This document shows, piece by piece, positions 25,170-39,662 of a stretch of DNA of 64,000 bases. The notes beneath the pieces are model-generated. The model worked only from the letters and a program-made list of their open reading frames with translations. It did not search any database and was not told the origin of the DNA. Made by a program: the position numbers and the translations under genes. This DNA is from Eledone cirrhosa (lineage: Eukaryota): positions 58,590,001 to 58,654,000 of the forward strand of contig OZ024743.1 of NCBI GenBank assembly GCA_964016885.1, in the 5' to 3' direction. Position 1 is the first letter of the stretch. Each line of letters opens with the position of its first letter.

Positions 25170-25460
25170 TATCAATTGAAATACAACACTGGGTATTTGG
25201 AGCCACTGTGTCAATTCTGAAACAAATATCTAAATATTGAAACCGGTGTTTCAATTTTGAACACACTATTTCAATGTGAAACCCACTATTTCAATTTTGA
25301 ATCAACTATTGTAACTTTATCGCCATTATTTTTTATGTTTAGAACCCACTATTTAAATTTTAACGGAATCATTTTAATTTTAAACACATTGTTTAAACTT
25401 TGAAGCAGCCATTTTAATTTTGGACCCATCGCTTCAATTTTAATCAAATATTTAAATTTC
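25170..25460. repeat. Degenerate ~21-bp intronic minisatellite
   Basis: Recurrent tttcaattttgaa(a)cccacta-like units. Confidence 0.7.
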
Positions 25461-25540
25461 CCAAATCGATAATAACGTTTGCATTTGTGAAAATACGTCT
25501 ATTGATAGAAAATAACTTGTGTTTTCCTTGTATTTTCCAG

Positions 25541-26240
25541 ATTTATCGCATATGGAGCTCAGGGTGTAGCAAATAATTATACAGGGATGCATCAAGTTAT
25601 GAAAGATGTATTCAGTGGTGCACCAGAAGGTTTGTGTTACGATATAACAGTACGTGAGTTCGAAGGACGTTACTTACAAATGGCGTGTAATGTGCAATCG
25701 TTTTCTGACGGGAAAAACCCATTGCATTGTTTCTTAAAGGCAATCAGCACGCTATCTCATTTTGCGCAGCTTTCTGATCTTGTCGACGTTGATAACATCC
25801 CAGAAGCCAATTTTGCAGGAGTTTTTCCTGTGCAATCTTGCTTCAATCACAGTTGCGCAAATTCTGTCGAAGTAATGGATGGTTTATCAAATGGACGGCC
25901 TGGAATTCATCTACGAGCACGACTGAATATCAAGGCTGGTGAGGAATTATTTAGCACGTATATCGATACAACAATTCCACGTCGTGAAAGAAGAGCTTGG
26001 CTATTCAGAGGCTACAATTTCTGGTGTCAATGTCTGCGCTGCAAATTTGAAGGAGACGGACCAGAAGCGTGTGCAAATTGTGAAACACAAGCGCCAGAGG
26101 GCAAACAATTTCCAGCCTGTGGAAAATGCCGGAAAGTATGGTACTGTTCACCAAAATGTCAAAAGATTGCCTGGAAGGCTGGACACAAGAAAATTTGCAG
26201 TATGACCCATTCAAAACTTTGCAGTTCTAATCTTTATTAG
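25541..26240 (+). CDS. SMYD5-like gene, last exon (SET-C, post-SET, extra C-terminal MYND)
   Basis: Acceptor tattttccag in phase 2; encodes FNHSC, GEELFSTY, FWCQCLRC, CANC...CGKC...YCSPKCQ...W...HKKIC; TAG stop. Confidence 0.92.
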
Positions 26241-26707
26241 CACGCATTGCGTTAAAGCATACGTAGTTGGATAGATTACTGATGTTTGATATTTCATTTT
26301 CCAATTTTCTTTGCATTTTTGCTTTTTTTCCTGAAAATTGTTTTTAATTTCTAATTTTATTTTCAGTTTGATTATCCTTAATATTGGTACTGTGTTTAAA
26401 GTATCGCTGCTTATATAGGATCAGTAGTGCTATTTATATATATATATATATATACAAAATTGGCCTGCAAGCTTCTGCTATCTACAACTTGTTTTGCGCA
26501 GTGCATTTGACTGTAGCAATCCAAATTTTTTGTATGCGAGTTAAAATAGAATTAGCGTCAAAGCTGCATAACTACCAGCGTTATTTAATTTAGAATACCC
26601 AACTGCATGCTTCATTGGGCAATATTAGGCTGCATGCATCTATTCTAGGCGCTTGCACAAATTGTTGATTTCCCTTCTAGCTTCTTACAGATACATATAT
26701 ATATGAA

Positions 26708-26785
<78 letters not shown>

Positions 26786-26790
26786 GCAGA

Positions 26791-26837
<47 letters not shown>

Positions 26838-28851
26838 AGAAAAAAGAGAATCAGTGTTGCGACGAAAGGAATTTATTGGACATATTACAAATGTTTCTCG
26901 GGCGACCAGTTCGAGGCACGATCGATATGGTGATCACACCTGACTCTGAAATCAACACGGTCGTCGGATACGTCTCGATTCTACGAAGCACATTTTCCTA
27001 TAGTTCTTTAACATCGAATTTCTTCGTTTGTTGATTTAGATCCTGTTGTTGTCCTTCCATGAGTGGTCAAGAATTGCACACGTCTTCGGTATTTCTAGCC
27101 ACTCATGGTTGCCCAATTCTTGCTTCTTCTCGTTCTCCACCTGTCAATCAAAATTTCTTCATGTATCAGAATTACTATTGTGGTGGGAAAGGGGCTGTAA
27201 TCTTGAAAGGCTGGCATCACTTCGACGTCTTCATTGCCCCTAGGTGCCTTAGTCTACATCAGTCAGGTACACACCCGCAATTATGCTGTATACGGCATTC
27301 ATCATAAATAAGGATTTGCGGGAATTTAAAACAAAAAAACAATTCATGGGGCTATTTAGCGTAATATTAGTAGGACACAGCCTTAGGATACACTCTGCTA
27401 TACATATTTCAAAAAGAAAAGGAAAAAGAAAAAGAAAGAACCTGTAGCATGAACGTTTTAAAAAAAATATTTTTAAAAAGAAAGCTTTCAACAGTCATTC
27501 AAACGGAAGGGCTATATCAAAGGTGTTTTCAACAAATAGACCCCATTCTATACTCACACACTGGACTCGGGGTAGCGTGCGTAGCCAAGACGCCGTACAC
27601 TTATATAGGCAGATGGGAAAAGAAAAATCCATGGAAAGACATCCGTACCCCCACGCATACGTGCTCAGACAAATACATCGATCCATACATGCATACACTC
27701 GTGCTCATGCATGCCTGTGTGGGCACGCATACATACCGCGTGCTCAGCACCGGATGCATATACTTGATGAGTATCCCCCCCATCCGTTCCCCCACGCGCC
27801 GCTGCGTAGATGGTGCATACAGTATTGTAAGAGACACGTGGCAGTGTGAATCCCAGGGTGTCTGCACAATATGCCTACATGTTACGGCAGCACAATATCC
27901 CTGCACTAATCGCATATAGCGTGGGTGGCACATATATAAAATAAAAGCCCTGTATGTACATAACATAAAATAATGAAATAGTATACAATAATAAAATAAA
28001 AGATAAAATACAATAAAATAAAATACTGGAAAAAGAGAATGCATACATGTCAAGGATGCAGAGGGGGGTGGGGGGACCGGGCATTATTGAGGTGTGCTTA
28101 AAGTTTCATACAGTAGTTGTGGGCTGTGGTGCAAATGTTTATATGATATACATGGGGGCTGTTGGACTAAAGCACTGGGTAGGAGCCTGCGAATGATGCA
28201 GGTCTCATTGCTTGTGGATAATGTGTGGGCCGTGCGTGCGTGCACAAACAAGTTATATATATTGTGGTTATGTGTAACATCCATTTCATAAACGTATATA
28301 TGAGATGTGCATGTGTTTGATATATACATGGAATATAAAGGGTATGTGCTTCATATCAATATATATAGAATGCACGTGGAGTGTATGTATGATGAAATGT
28401 GCCAGCGGCATGCGTTGTGTGCGTGTGTATATCGGCGGCATGGAACGACAAAATTAAAACTTAAAATCAAAATCAAAATTAAAATTAAAATTAAATTCAA
28501 CATTACAATTAGCTGCGATATTAACCTCAACACCAGCATCATGTCCATCATGCATGTAGCGGATTAAGCACCGCGAATCGAATATCGGAAATCAACAATT
28601 TAAAAATGTAAAAGTTTGAAAATTTAGAAATTTGAAAATTTAAACCACACATATGTTTGTAGACCCAATCCTACTAGTAATGAGACGGCGTCCGCAAATA
28701 GTGTGGTAGTGCTATTAGGGTATTCAAGGAGGTGGGCAACGTTTGAACTGTCACTGCTATCAACTTGTGCTGTCATGCATTCATAAATATGCAGTGTTCA
28801 ATTGTGGTCCGCTGCATGCGCTCCAGCTGGTGTTGCGATGCCGGTGGTGCG

Positions 28852-29340
28852 TTATGCAGATCGATCCGGTATCACTAGAGCGGAGAGTGTGCATTTACGT
28901 TGATGTCGGTATGCCATGATTATTTCAGACTTGAGGTTGACTGCGTCGCCCTTAATTTTTATTATCTCCATATCCTCTAACAGGCATAACTTGCACTTCC
29001 TTTCTCCGACCGAGTACGCATTCGCATGCTGAACAATACCCCAGCTCGGGTCATATTCAATGCCATTGTCTTTGAGTCTCCCCACTAAGTCCGTCAATCT
29101 GGTGGAATGTCTCTGGTTCCTGTCTTTGAACGAGCTCTTGTGGTTGTACGTCCTCGACTTAAAAGTCGCGGATGTAGCTCCGATGTATGTGTGGCTATCG
29201 TTTATGCGTGGTAACCACACATCTGTATACAACGCTTTTTGTCAGGCACATTCCCTGCAAGGGGCACTCCTCATGGAGACGGCAGTTACATGTCTGTGCA
29301 TCATTTTTGCAACTCCCGTTACGTGTTCCTGGCGTCTTAT
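28852..29340 (-). pseudogene. 5'-truncated Penelope-like GIY-YIG endonuclease relic; 3' non-coding part probably extends to ~27300
   Basis: [22 protein letters not shown] / HTYIGAT...FKSR..NHKSSF...CKLCLLE...VNLKSE, frameshifted; same type as the endonuclease at 12032-12460. Confidence 0.85.
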
Positions 29341-29608
29341 TTGTGTTCTCACTTATATATATATACATGGTGTCTCCCAATAAACGTATACAAACTTTGA
29401 TAACCTGTACATGCAATATTTACGAGAATGTTGCTGAAGTGCGAATGCATTTTTTGGGAAACCGTGTATATATATATGTGTATGTATATATATATAAATA
29501 TAAATATATATATACATATAGATACATACATATATATACATATATTTATTATATATTTATAATATATGAGGCCATATATTTATTATTATTACTATATATA
29601 TATTTATT

Positions 29609-29735
<127 letters not shown>

Positions 29736-29744
29736 TTTTTTTGG

Positions 29745-29961
29745 ATCGATCGACTTTCGTCAAATCGGACCGAGGAAACAATGTTTTCGTCGGTCTTTCC
29801 ATTGCTAATACTATCTATCGGTCGCAACTCCAGGTAGAAGGAGCAACGTGAAATAAAGTGTCTTGCTCAAGGACATAATGCATCGCCCGGTCCAGGAATC
29901 GAACTCATAATCTCAAGATTGTGAATCCAATTCTCTAACCACTCAGCCACACGCCTTCACC
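29745..29961 (-). mobile_element. tRNA-headed SINE of a second family
   Basis: Reverse complement: ggcgtgtggctgagtggttagag...gagttcgattcc (A and B boxes), then gtccttgagcaagacacttt. Confidence 0.75.
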
Positions 29962-29962
29962 A

Positions 29963-30087
<125 letters not shown>

Positions 30088-30469
30088 CGTGTATACATGT
30101 TTGTGTATGTGTTTTAGGCGTTGGAATGCAATATAATGGAACCATTCTTCAATAAATGCAGATGGTGAAGAAACAATTTATTTTGAAAACAAAACAATTT
30201 AGATAATTATGTAAAGGATATACATAGGAAATTGCAAGATAGAATGTGAGGTGCTTTATGTAGCTGATTACTGTTTATATTTTCAAAACTATAATATTTC
30301 AACAGGATTCTATTTTCGAACATGATGTGATGAGAAATTGGTTTCACCAGTAATAAGAGATTTAAAAATAACTTATTTTGAATTTACACTCTCTTCACAT
30401 GTTTACTAATCTTCAGGGAAGACGAGCTTCGTTTAAGGCATTTGGAGAAAGAAATATATATATCATTAT

Positions 30470-30632
30470 AGTATAGGTAGAGGGTCGGACGCTAAGCTTT
30501 GCAGCAAAGAGTTACGGCCCTTTAGGTTCTGAGTTCAAATTCCGCCTTTCATCCTTACGGGCTCGATAAAATAAAGAACCAGTAATGCACTGGTATAATT
30601 GCTGGCTTTGTGCAAAACGTTGAGACAATTAT
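30470..30632 (+). mobile_element. tRNA-derived SINE
   Basis: Homologous to 39057-39245. Confidence 0.75.
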
Positions 30633-30634
30633 TT

Positions 30635-30752
30635 AATGTAGAAATTACTTCTACAATACTAGAACTGTATCATACGTATGAAATCATCAGGAATGACAAG
30701 TGACATAGAGAGTTGTTGATACTTATAGGATTCCTCATAGTCTGGGATGGAG
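30635..30752 (-). mobile_element. Diverged copy of the 39471 HHR family with an inactivated core
   Basis: Reverse complement ttc-CTGATGA-tttcatacgtat-GATA-cagttctagtattg-TA-gaag aligns with 39530-39575. Confidence 0.6.
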
Positions 30753-30926
30753 TCATATATATATAATATATACATATATAATATATACATATACATATAT
30801 ATATATATATAATATATATATATATAATATATACATATACATTCTCATACTCGCATAATACCCATACATATATATGTATATTTGTATATGTATGGATATG
30901 TATGCGAGTATGAGAGTGTATGTACT

Positions 30927-30966
<40 letters not shown>

Positions 30967-30969
<3 letters not shown>

Positions 30970-31994
30970 TTGGGGAGGGTCATATTTGTGTAATATTGCC
31001 AGAATTAATAACATAACACACTCACTGTTTGGTTGGTTTTCGCTTTTCGCTTCTGTCTTTTATATCGGTAATCTAATATACTCGGTCCTCAATGTTGCCA
31101 TTGACTGACCGACGGTCAAAAATAATACAGATACAATATAGACACAAACACATATATATAGTTTATCATAAATCTTTCGTTTCACATCTGCAACATCGTC
31201 AGTGGTGCTATTGTTTCCTCCTGTTGAATTGTATGGCTACGCCATTTTTATTCAGTCTGTCTATATATTTATTTATTTATTTGCTTGTTTGTTTATTTAT
31301 TTTGTCTTCTTTGCGCATGCGTTTGCGTGTGTGTATAGTGTTTTGTTTGATGTGTGATGTGTGTTCGTGATTGGGTGACTAATGTGTGTTTATGTGTTTG
31401 TTGTTATTGTGCTTGTGTATGTATTTATTTATTTATTTATTTATTTATTTTATTTTATTTTATTTACTTATTCATACTTCTCTTAGGTCAGTGTTGTTTG
31501 TTTGGGTGTTGTTATTCCATTCATTCTTTCTGTTTAGTCTTGGTCTTCTAAGTTCTATTTCACTGGCTTCTCTGATTTGCCTATCTGCTGGGTCATTTCT
31601 ATGTTTAGATATTATTCTAATTTCTATGTTGTCTATGTTACCGTCATGTTGTTGTCTGGCATGTTCGTATAGTATAAACAAACAAGCAAATAAATAAATA
31701 AATATATAGACAGACTGAATAAAAATGGCGTAGCCATACAATTCAACAGGAGGTAACAATAGCACCACTGACGATGTTGCAGATGTTCGACGAAAGAGAA
31801 ACTATATATATCTGTTTGTGTCTATATTGTATCTGTATTATTTTTGACCGTCTGTCAGTCAATGGCAACATTGAGGACCGAGTATATTAGATTACCGATA
31901 TAAAAGACAGAAGCGAAAAGCGAAAACCAACCAAACAGTGAGTGTGTTCTGTTATTAATTCTGGCAATATTGCACAAATATGACCCTCCCCAAG

Positions 31995-31996
<2 letters not shown>
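30967..31996. mobile_element. Large fold-back: ~325-bp inverted arms around a ~380-bp spacer, with HHR-like cores
   Basis: Arms at 30967-31296 and 31674-31996; CTGACGA...GAAA at 31768-31795 and its mirror; (TA)n on both sides. Confidence 0.8.
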
Positions 31997-32083
<87 letters not shown>

Positions 32084-32088
<5 letters not shown>

Positions 32089-32290
32089 CGCTGCTCTCCG
32101 ACAGGTTTCCGGTCGAGCCCGTACCAGTGGAGACTTCTGGTGTCCTTGGCCCTAGGACAACCTCCTTACTCACCAGCAACGTTACGGAGTTGCCTACCTG
32201 CAGGTGTGAGCCTCCTGAGCTGGGATGGCTCTTCTAAAGCCTCTCTCTGAAAACGCCTTCTCTATTCTGTGCGCCGGGGCCGTGGGGTGA
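32084..32290 (+). mobile_element. 3' end of a CRE-like RLE retrotransposon
   Basis: YRSLLSDRFPVEPVPVETSGVLGP...EPPELGWLF*...NAFSIL resembles the RLE C-terminus. Confidence 0.6.
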
Positions 32291-33146
32291 ACAGCGTGTG
32301 GGCTCCCATTTGCTTACAATAGTGAGAAATGGAGAGAGCGGGACAGACAATTCAGTGACAGTGGGACTTTGGTTCTTTTGTTTTCGGACCCGGTGTGTAT
32401 ATGTTTCATGGACACACCACTCACTCATAAAGAACCCATCGTATTATTTTCGAACATTAAACGTTACATTTCAAATTACTTTATATACGTTTAATTATTT
32501 ACAACGTCACTTTGCCCTTTTTCAACACACCGTGTGTGTGTGTGGGTGGGTGGGGGGGGGGGGGTGTACGCGAAGGGCTAATGTTCAGTTTGAGCAAGTT
32601 ATGCCAACACAATTTCAATCTTGATATGTTTCAACAAACGGTAAAAATGACGAAACAATAAACCAAACCAATTTGTCAGATATATAATCAGTACGATAAA
32701 AAATTTCGAAGTGTTCTAAGAATGTTAATGCACAACGCACGTAAATGACAATGTATAGAAAACCAAGATAAAGAAAATTTAGACATTTCTTGTTTAACAC
32801 CTTTCATAAAGAAGGCGAAGAAAATATGGCAATTGTGCAAAACCCGCTCATGTTCCATTATTAATATATAGAGTTGGGTCTCTATATTAGAGACTGGGCA
32901 TTGACGCGAAGAATTAGCCATTAACCCACAATTTCCCTTAGAAGATTATGTTTAGAAACTTCATAAAATATAGATAAATAAGCAATTTCAAGAGATGCAT
33001 CCGAATATCACTACAATTTCAAGAACACACACACATATACACACACACATGCACGTCCCCCCCCCACATATATATATACTTACGGTAAACATGGTGACTA
33101 AACGGGGTTGCGTATGCAACACACCAATCAGGAAACAATGATGCAT

Positions 33147-33221
<75 letters not shown>

Positions 33222-33486
33222 CTACTGTACGTCTGTATACATATATGTATGTACGTATACATATATATATATATATATATATAAGTATGTATACGTATAA
33301 ACATATATGTATACAGACGTACAATAGTATGTATATATATACATACATGCACACACATATATATGTACGTATGAGTTTACCGAAATTTTATTATAATGCT
33401 CGGTTTGTTTGTAAACAAACAGCCCGAATTAAGCCGTACAGTGTTTAGCAACTATCGTTGCCCTTTTGTTCAACACTGACAAAGGA

Positions 33487-33529
33487 ACGATGTACAAGTT
33501 TCAAGCTTATTAGCTATCGTCAGCATCGT
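33487..33529 (-). ncRNA. Minimal type I hammerhead ribozyme (within repeat 33365-33650)
   Basis: Reverse complement: acgatg-CTGACGA-t agct aata agct t-GAAA-cttg-TA-catcgt, with a perfect 6-bp stem I. Confidence 0.8.
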
Positions 33530-35607
33530 ATACCTTTCTGCCAGATGATTGAACGTCTAAAAGTATATACTTTCCTTATGCATATTAACGGCTGAGCAGC
33601 CTAATTTGCATATCGAGTGAGATAGTCGGTCGGGCGCACCGCAAACGATTCATTTTCTGTAGTGATAATTGTCTAAATAAGAGCATTGTCATGTCTTAAA
33701 TACCTATTTAATTCCTAGTTAATTTTGACTAGACTTTCAGACAACTCCTTCAATTAAACCATATTTCTAACTTTAAATTATTCACTACTTAACCCATTAT
33801 CCAAATTAACCTGCAAATAATTGTCAAATAAACCACCCAGTAAAGAGAATATTATTTTCCGCGAATGCCTTAAAATAAAATCCATAAAAGTTCATCAAAA
33901 ATAAATAAAAGAAATCTGAGGTGATTTTATGTGAGGGTAAAAATACGACGATTCAGATATTGATCTACATCAGAAACAGGATCAATAAAAAGCAGAATGT
34001 GAAATAGAGGATATGAAAGTCTAACGCGAAGAGCGGAATACAATGCGAGAGGTAGTCACTGTAAATTAATTTTAGTTTTGATTAAATTGCAATGACTTAG
34101 ACCACAGTCAACTTCATTGGTTTCTGAAACTTAACTCCTTAGAATAAAACATTGATAACTTTAATTATTAATTTGAAATCAATTTAGCCAGAGAATATCT
34201 CATAAATTCTAATAATCTTTTACATATTTAATACTAATAATACTTTACTATACACACTCAAATGTAAGTTATCAATACTAAATAAGCGTCTATAGGCTCA
34301 GTTTAATACAATCTGATCTGGTTTAGTCACCAAACTTTAAAAACCTTTAAAAGCGTATTTAATATTATATTCAAAATATTGTATTGAATATTATATGGAA
34401 TTTCTAATGCGAAATTAAACAGAAAAAACTAGACCTATTCTATTGTAACTTACTAACATGTTCACTAAATGTTACATTTATGTAAGTAAATGTGTTGTCA
34501 GAGATAACGCTTAAATATTCCTTAACATAGTAAGTATGTTTATTGCAAGTCACCAAAATTGCGTTGGACCACTACTTTACCTCTAAATGTATAAAGGTCC
34601 GTCAAGCAATTAATAATACTTCCTTTAAATCTTTGTTGTCAGAAATAATATATTCAAATACCTCACTCTCATTAAACATTTCATAAAAACTTGGTATGAA
34701 ACAAAATATAAAGAGAAAATACTGTTTAAAAAATTAAATTTGTGTTGTAAAAGGTGACACTAAAACCTTATTTAACGCATGTTTCTTCTGTAGTTTTATT
34801 GCAAGTGATAAACATTGCATTGCACCACCAATTTATTACTAAATGGTTTTAAGTCTGTCAGACAGATATTAACAATTCCATTAACTCTTTGTTGTTGGAA
34901 ATAATATATTTACAGCTATCTTAAAACAATTTAGAAAATCCCGGTATATCGCAAACAAATAAAAAAGAAAAGAAAAAATAATTATTACAAATCAAACTTG
35001 TTTGCTACCTGAAATACATATCAAATAAAAAAGCCCACATCCCTAAAGAAAAACCCTGATCCATCAAAAGGTACCACTATACAGATAGATTTTGTCTGGA
35101 AAGCACGAACAATACTGACATGACATGTACATTATCTTAAATTCCCTTTCTTAACCAGATATCAAATATATTCCCCTAAACATACAACACCTTTCCACCA
35201 ATACAGCTTCTAACTATATGTTCTTTTGTGTTCAATGAAATTTTATACTATGAGAGCTTTAAAGTCAGTTTATTACTATTGTACAATGTACTTATCTTGT
35301 TCGTTGATAAAATGTTGTTTTTTTCAGTCTGCTGTTTACAAATATATTTTCATTCCAGTTTATTGTTTTCCAACTGCTTAATATTTTTTCTTATATGGTT
35401 TCTTTTGCTAGATGCCATTCTGAAAGATTTTTTTACCCGGCAAAACATATCTGCAACCCTTGCATTTGTTTCGTGTGCGCCTTCAATGTGCTTGAAAACT
35501 TGGCAATACCCCATCTTTAAAAGAAGCTAAATGTACATATTTGGGAGAAAGTCAATCCTACTATAATTTACATTCATAACCCCCCCTCCCCACATATACA
35601 TATATAT

Positions 35608-35690
<83 letters not shown>

Positions 35691-35699
35691 TGTATATCT

Positions 35700-35758
<59 letters not shown>

Positions 35759-36089
35759 TATATATGTATATCTTTCTATCTATCTATCACCCTACCCCCT
35801 CTCTCTCTTCTCTCTCTCCGTATATATATATATGAGGGCTGCAACACGACTTGGAGTAAAGCCTTCGCTTGTTACTTAAGCATGAGTATCACGGACGTGG
35901 ATTTTTAGTCCTGCTCGGGACCTGCCTATGACCAGTCATCACAGAAATTGTCACGTATGAAATGAAGACTAGGAGACTCGGTCCACAAAAAAATCTTTAT
36001 TGGAACACCGTTGACTCTCCAATGACCCGACCGTACACAGATTATATTGTTACATGTACCAGTATCACATACTCTCTCACACACACACA

Positions 36090-36202
<113 letters not shown>

Positions 36203-37617
36203 GTACTGAGTTCAACACATAATTAGACACCAATATAATGGAAATATATTATATCGTATCTTACATTCCACGTATGTATATATTGTTTTATTTATAATAC
36301 GTTTGGCGTTCGGAAGGCACATACAAAGCTGGTTAACTAGAAATAAAATATTGACAAAAATACGGATAAAAAGTACACACAATCTCCTACGGGAATTGAA
36401 CCACGTATTGTCAGTGGTATTGTCAGATGTGTAGTTCGATTCCCTCTGGTGGTTTTCACTACTTTCTCCGTCTCTCAATATTTAACTATTATTCATATTT
36501 CATATATATTGTGGCTGCCTTCAGTAAGCTAAAAGTATTTGCAAATTTCTCCAATGCTTCGGAAAAGAAAATAATATTATTTTATTATATATTTCATTTT
36601 GCAACGGTTGATTTGTCTCTGCATCATTGATAACTTCATTCATTTGCGTTTGCCTTTAGACGATGAATTCTCATTTGCACAACGCATGTCTCACATCTCG
36701 CATGTCTCGCTGAACCGAATAAGTTTCTGCATAACTAATGCACATAAAGGGAAATAACTCCCACTGTTCCTAACTCACCTCTCCATAAATTCTGTCTCAT
36801 CGTGTTCTGTCGAATAATTACTTCTCATCTATTGTGATCGTTGTAATACACATTGTACCTTTTCCCCTACTTTCGCCAAAATACGTAACATAATGTCACA
36901 AAAAAACAACAACAACCAACGTAATTTGCTAATCAACCCTTTTCATCGTAACGTTAATAATATTCAATATTATCCCTATCAATTTTCACATTGTATAATT
37001 CGCATTGTAGTATTAGTAATAATAATAATAATAATAATTTCCTTTTATTACTTCATTTAGAATAATAACAACAATATTAATAATTCCATCTAAATAACAT
37101 TTCATAAAACATTATAACATAATTATATGCATTTTATAATTATCTAAATCCACATTTGAGCACCATCATCGATATTTCATGCACACATACACACGTGTGT
37201 TACCCACAATAATAACTGATAACTGTACAGTCTATTAATTACTGAATTAACTACTTTGAACGTCCCCGTCCTTCCTTTTCGACTGACCACCTTTAACCGT
37301 TCCTTACCTGAACCGCACAATATTACATGTCGTAATATCTAACAATTTCTTTTTCCATTCCAGCTGCAGTTACTTCTGATGCGCAACTACCAGCGAACAT
37401 TTGATGTTATCTTCACCACCAGTTTTATCCTCATCCTCATCCTGCGAACTCACAAATCCCTCATTACTAGGCAATTAATCAGACCTTTGGTAACTTATCA
37501 GATGTTCGTGCTAAGTATCGCAGTTTTCATTTGTTGCGCTCCTTTCGGTATGATGCAATTTTCGTCTGTTGGTAGGGAGTTCAAACAACGAAATCTCCTT
37601 TTAATGTTCCTATATAA

Positions 37618-37877
37618 CAGTGCTTCCCAACCTTAAGTTCGCAGAGATAGTTATAGGAGGTCGTGAGCTAAGTTCAAAATTTCAAGTTCTTTGTTAAAAG
37701 CAGAATAAGCACTCATTGTAAGGTATAGTTTCTTCAAAGATAAACATTTTTCGTATCGTTTGTTATTCTGTCTATAGTATAACATTCTAAAAGGTGAATA
37801 ATTGCAGTGGGGTAGAATAGTGGAGAAATTTAGTTAAATAAAGTGTTCCTGAATAGTCAAAAGTTTGGAAACCACTG
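37618..37877. mobile_element. hAT-type MITE
   Basis: TIRs CAGTGCTTCCCAACC / GTTTGGAAACCACTG; 8-bp flanks ctatataa / ctatacag. Confidence 0.7.
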
Positions 37878-39056
37878 CTATACAGGTTCATGGAATAGGC
37901 TTGCGTCTGCTATGAAACTAAATTTGTGAACCTAAATTTGTGAAATTAAATTGTAGCGTTAAGAACATTGGATACGGTACTTGCTAATTCATAAATGGAT
38001 AATTACCTCATAACTCTATCATTATTGACGTCACTCATTATGTTCTCATGCCTCTTCTATACACTTCTCATAAATATGCTCCCGTATAGGAGATAGCATG
38101 GGAGTCTTCTCTGTAGTCAGTAGATTCGTTAGAAACAGCAGCCAACTACTCACATACACATTTTTTCAAATAGGAAAGGACTCGTACATTAGATCATAAC
38201 ATCCTAGATATTCCTAAAATAGTATGTTAACAGTTGGTATGTTTTGCTGAAAACTCTGCACGATCGAATCTTTCCCATGAGTTATCAATAATAAATACAT
38301 CACACACGTACATAAACATGTGCAGGCACATACGCATGCCCATAGACATGCACATGCACAATGGTATATACATATTGTACATATGAGGTAACATATTTTC
38401 AACACTGATAAATACAGGGTATATTGGTAGATGTAGGCGTAGTGATACTTTATAAGGTGGGTACGGTTAGAACTAATATATCATAACTGTGCAGGCTCAG
38501 GGTTGAGCTAGTGTTAAAAGACAATAGGAACAACATCAAACAAAGACAAAACAATAATATTAACGACAGAAAGAACAACAGCAACTATAAACACAACCAC
38601 ACTACTAGACACTTGCATGAGTGTGGTGAACCTCTGTCAGTTTCTGCGATCAGTGTTATAATTGTTCAAACAGCGAAACAGCTTGTTGAAATTAACATGC
38701 AAATAGATCAGCACTTAAGAGACACACGTATTCTTAACGTGGTTCTCAGGGAGATTCAGCGTGACACATGTTGTGACAATATGGTCCATTGAATTAAAGA
38801 TATACTCCATCTGACATGCTTGCAAAAGGTTTCCTCTACTTATCTTCACTTACAACGCTTTGATAACACCACTCCTGCGTATGACTATGTTAAATGAAGC
38901 TTGGCCAAAATGCTACAGTAAGACATACGATGTAGGCCGTTATGTTGGTGAAGCGAACTCTTTAGACATTCGGCCGCGCTATATTCATATAGCGAAACAC
39001 ACGCAATATATTACTTTACATTTTATTCAGTGTAACATTATTTACACTTGCATGTA

Positions 39057-39245
39057 GCGGTGGATTGGCAGTATCGGTAGAGGGTCGGACGCTATACTTT
39101 GCAGGATAGAGTTACGGCCATTTACGGTCTGAGATCAAATCTCGACGAGGTTAACTTTGCCTTTCATCCTTACGGTGTCGATGAAATAAAGCACCAGTAA
39201 TGCACTGGCATAATTACTGGCCTTGTGCCAAAAGTAGAAACAATT
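39057..39245 (+). mobile_element. tRNA-derived SINE, near full length
   Basis: gcggtggattggcagtatcggtagag...gagatcaaatc...aactttgcctttcatcc...ggccttgtgccaaaagtagaaac. Confidence 0.8.
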
Positions 39246-39406
39246 ATATACACTTGCATAGTTGGAAAAACGTCTGACAAAATCCATTATTGAATTTAGG
39301 AGTCGATATTTACGATCTTAAATGTAAATAAGGTCAAATTTGCTTCTCATGTTTGCCTGAGATTGATCAAATATAGTCCCACTGGAGGCGAGATTTATTC
39401 ATGGCC

Positions 39407-39475
<69 letters not shown>

Positions 39476-39479
39476 AATG

Positions 39480-39530
39480 AGCTTCTACAGGACTAGTACT
39501 GTTTCATTCAGATGAAATCTTCAGGAAGCT
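39480..39530 (-). ncRNA. Intact type I hammerhead ribozyme (left arm of palindrome)
   Basis: Exact reverse complement of 39527-39577. Confidence 0.85.
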
Positions 39531-39577
39531 TCCTGAAGATTTCATCTGAATGAAACAGTACTAGTCCTGTAGAAGCT
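39527..39577 (+). ncRNA. Intact type I hammerhead ribozyme (right arm of palindrome)
   Basis: agcttc-CTGAAGA-t ttca tc tgaa t-GAAA-cag tactagtc ctg-TA-gaagct. Confidence 0.85.
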
Positions 39578-39662
39578 CCTTCTATAAAATAAAAAAATTT
39601 ACTCTGCCATGTATTGAGTACCTTACTTACTGTGGTTATCCCCGACTCAACCCGGGACCTAC

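Noticed and set aside
25170-25460. Regularly spaced repeats resembling a CRISPR array
   Set aside because: A degenerate contiguous minisatellite in a eukaryotic intron, with no unique spacers or cas genes.
26856-27250. Possible additional Penelope fragment (GAAACATTTGTA half-motif, AILDHSW-like peptide on the - strand)
   Set aside because: Too degenerate to support without an alignment.
29880-29961. tRNA gene candidates here and at other SINE heads
   Set aside because: A and B boxes are present, but there is no complete cloverleaf and the sequence runs into SINE bodies.
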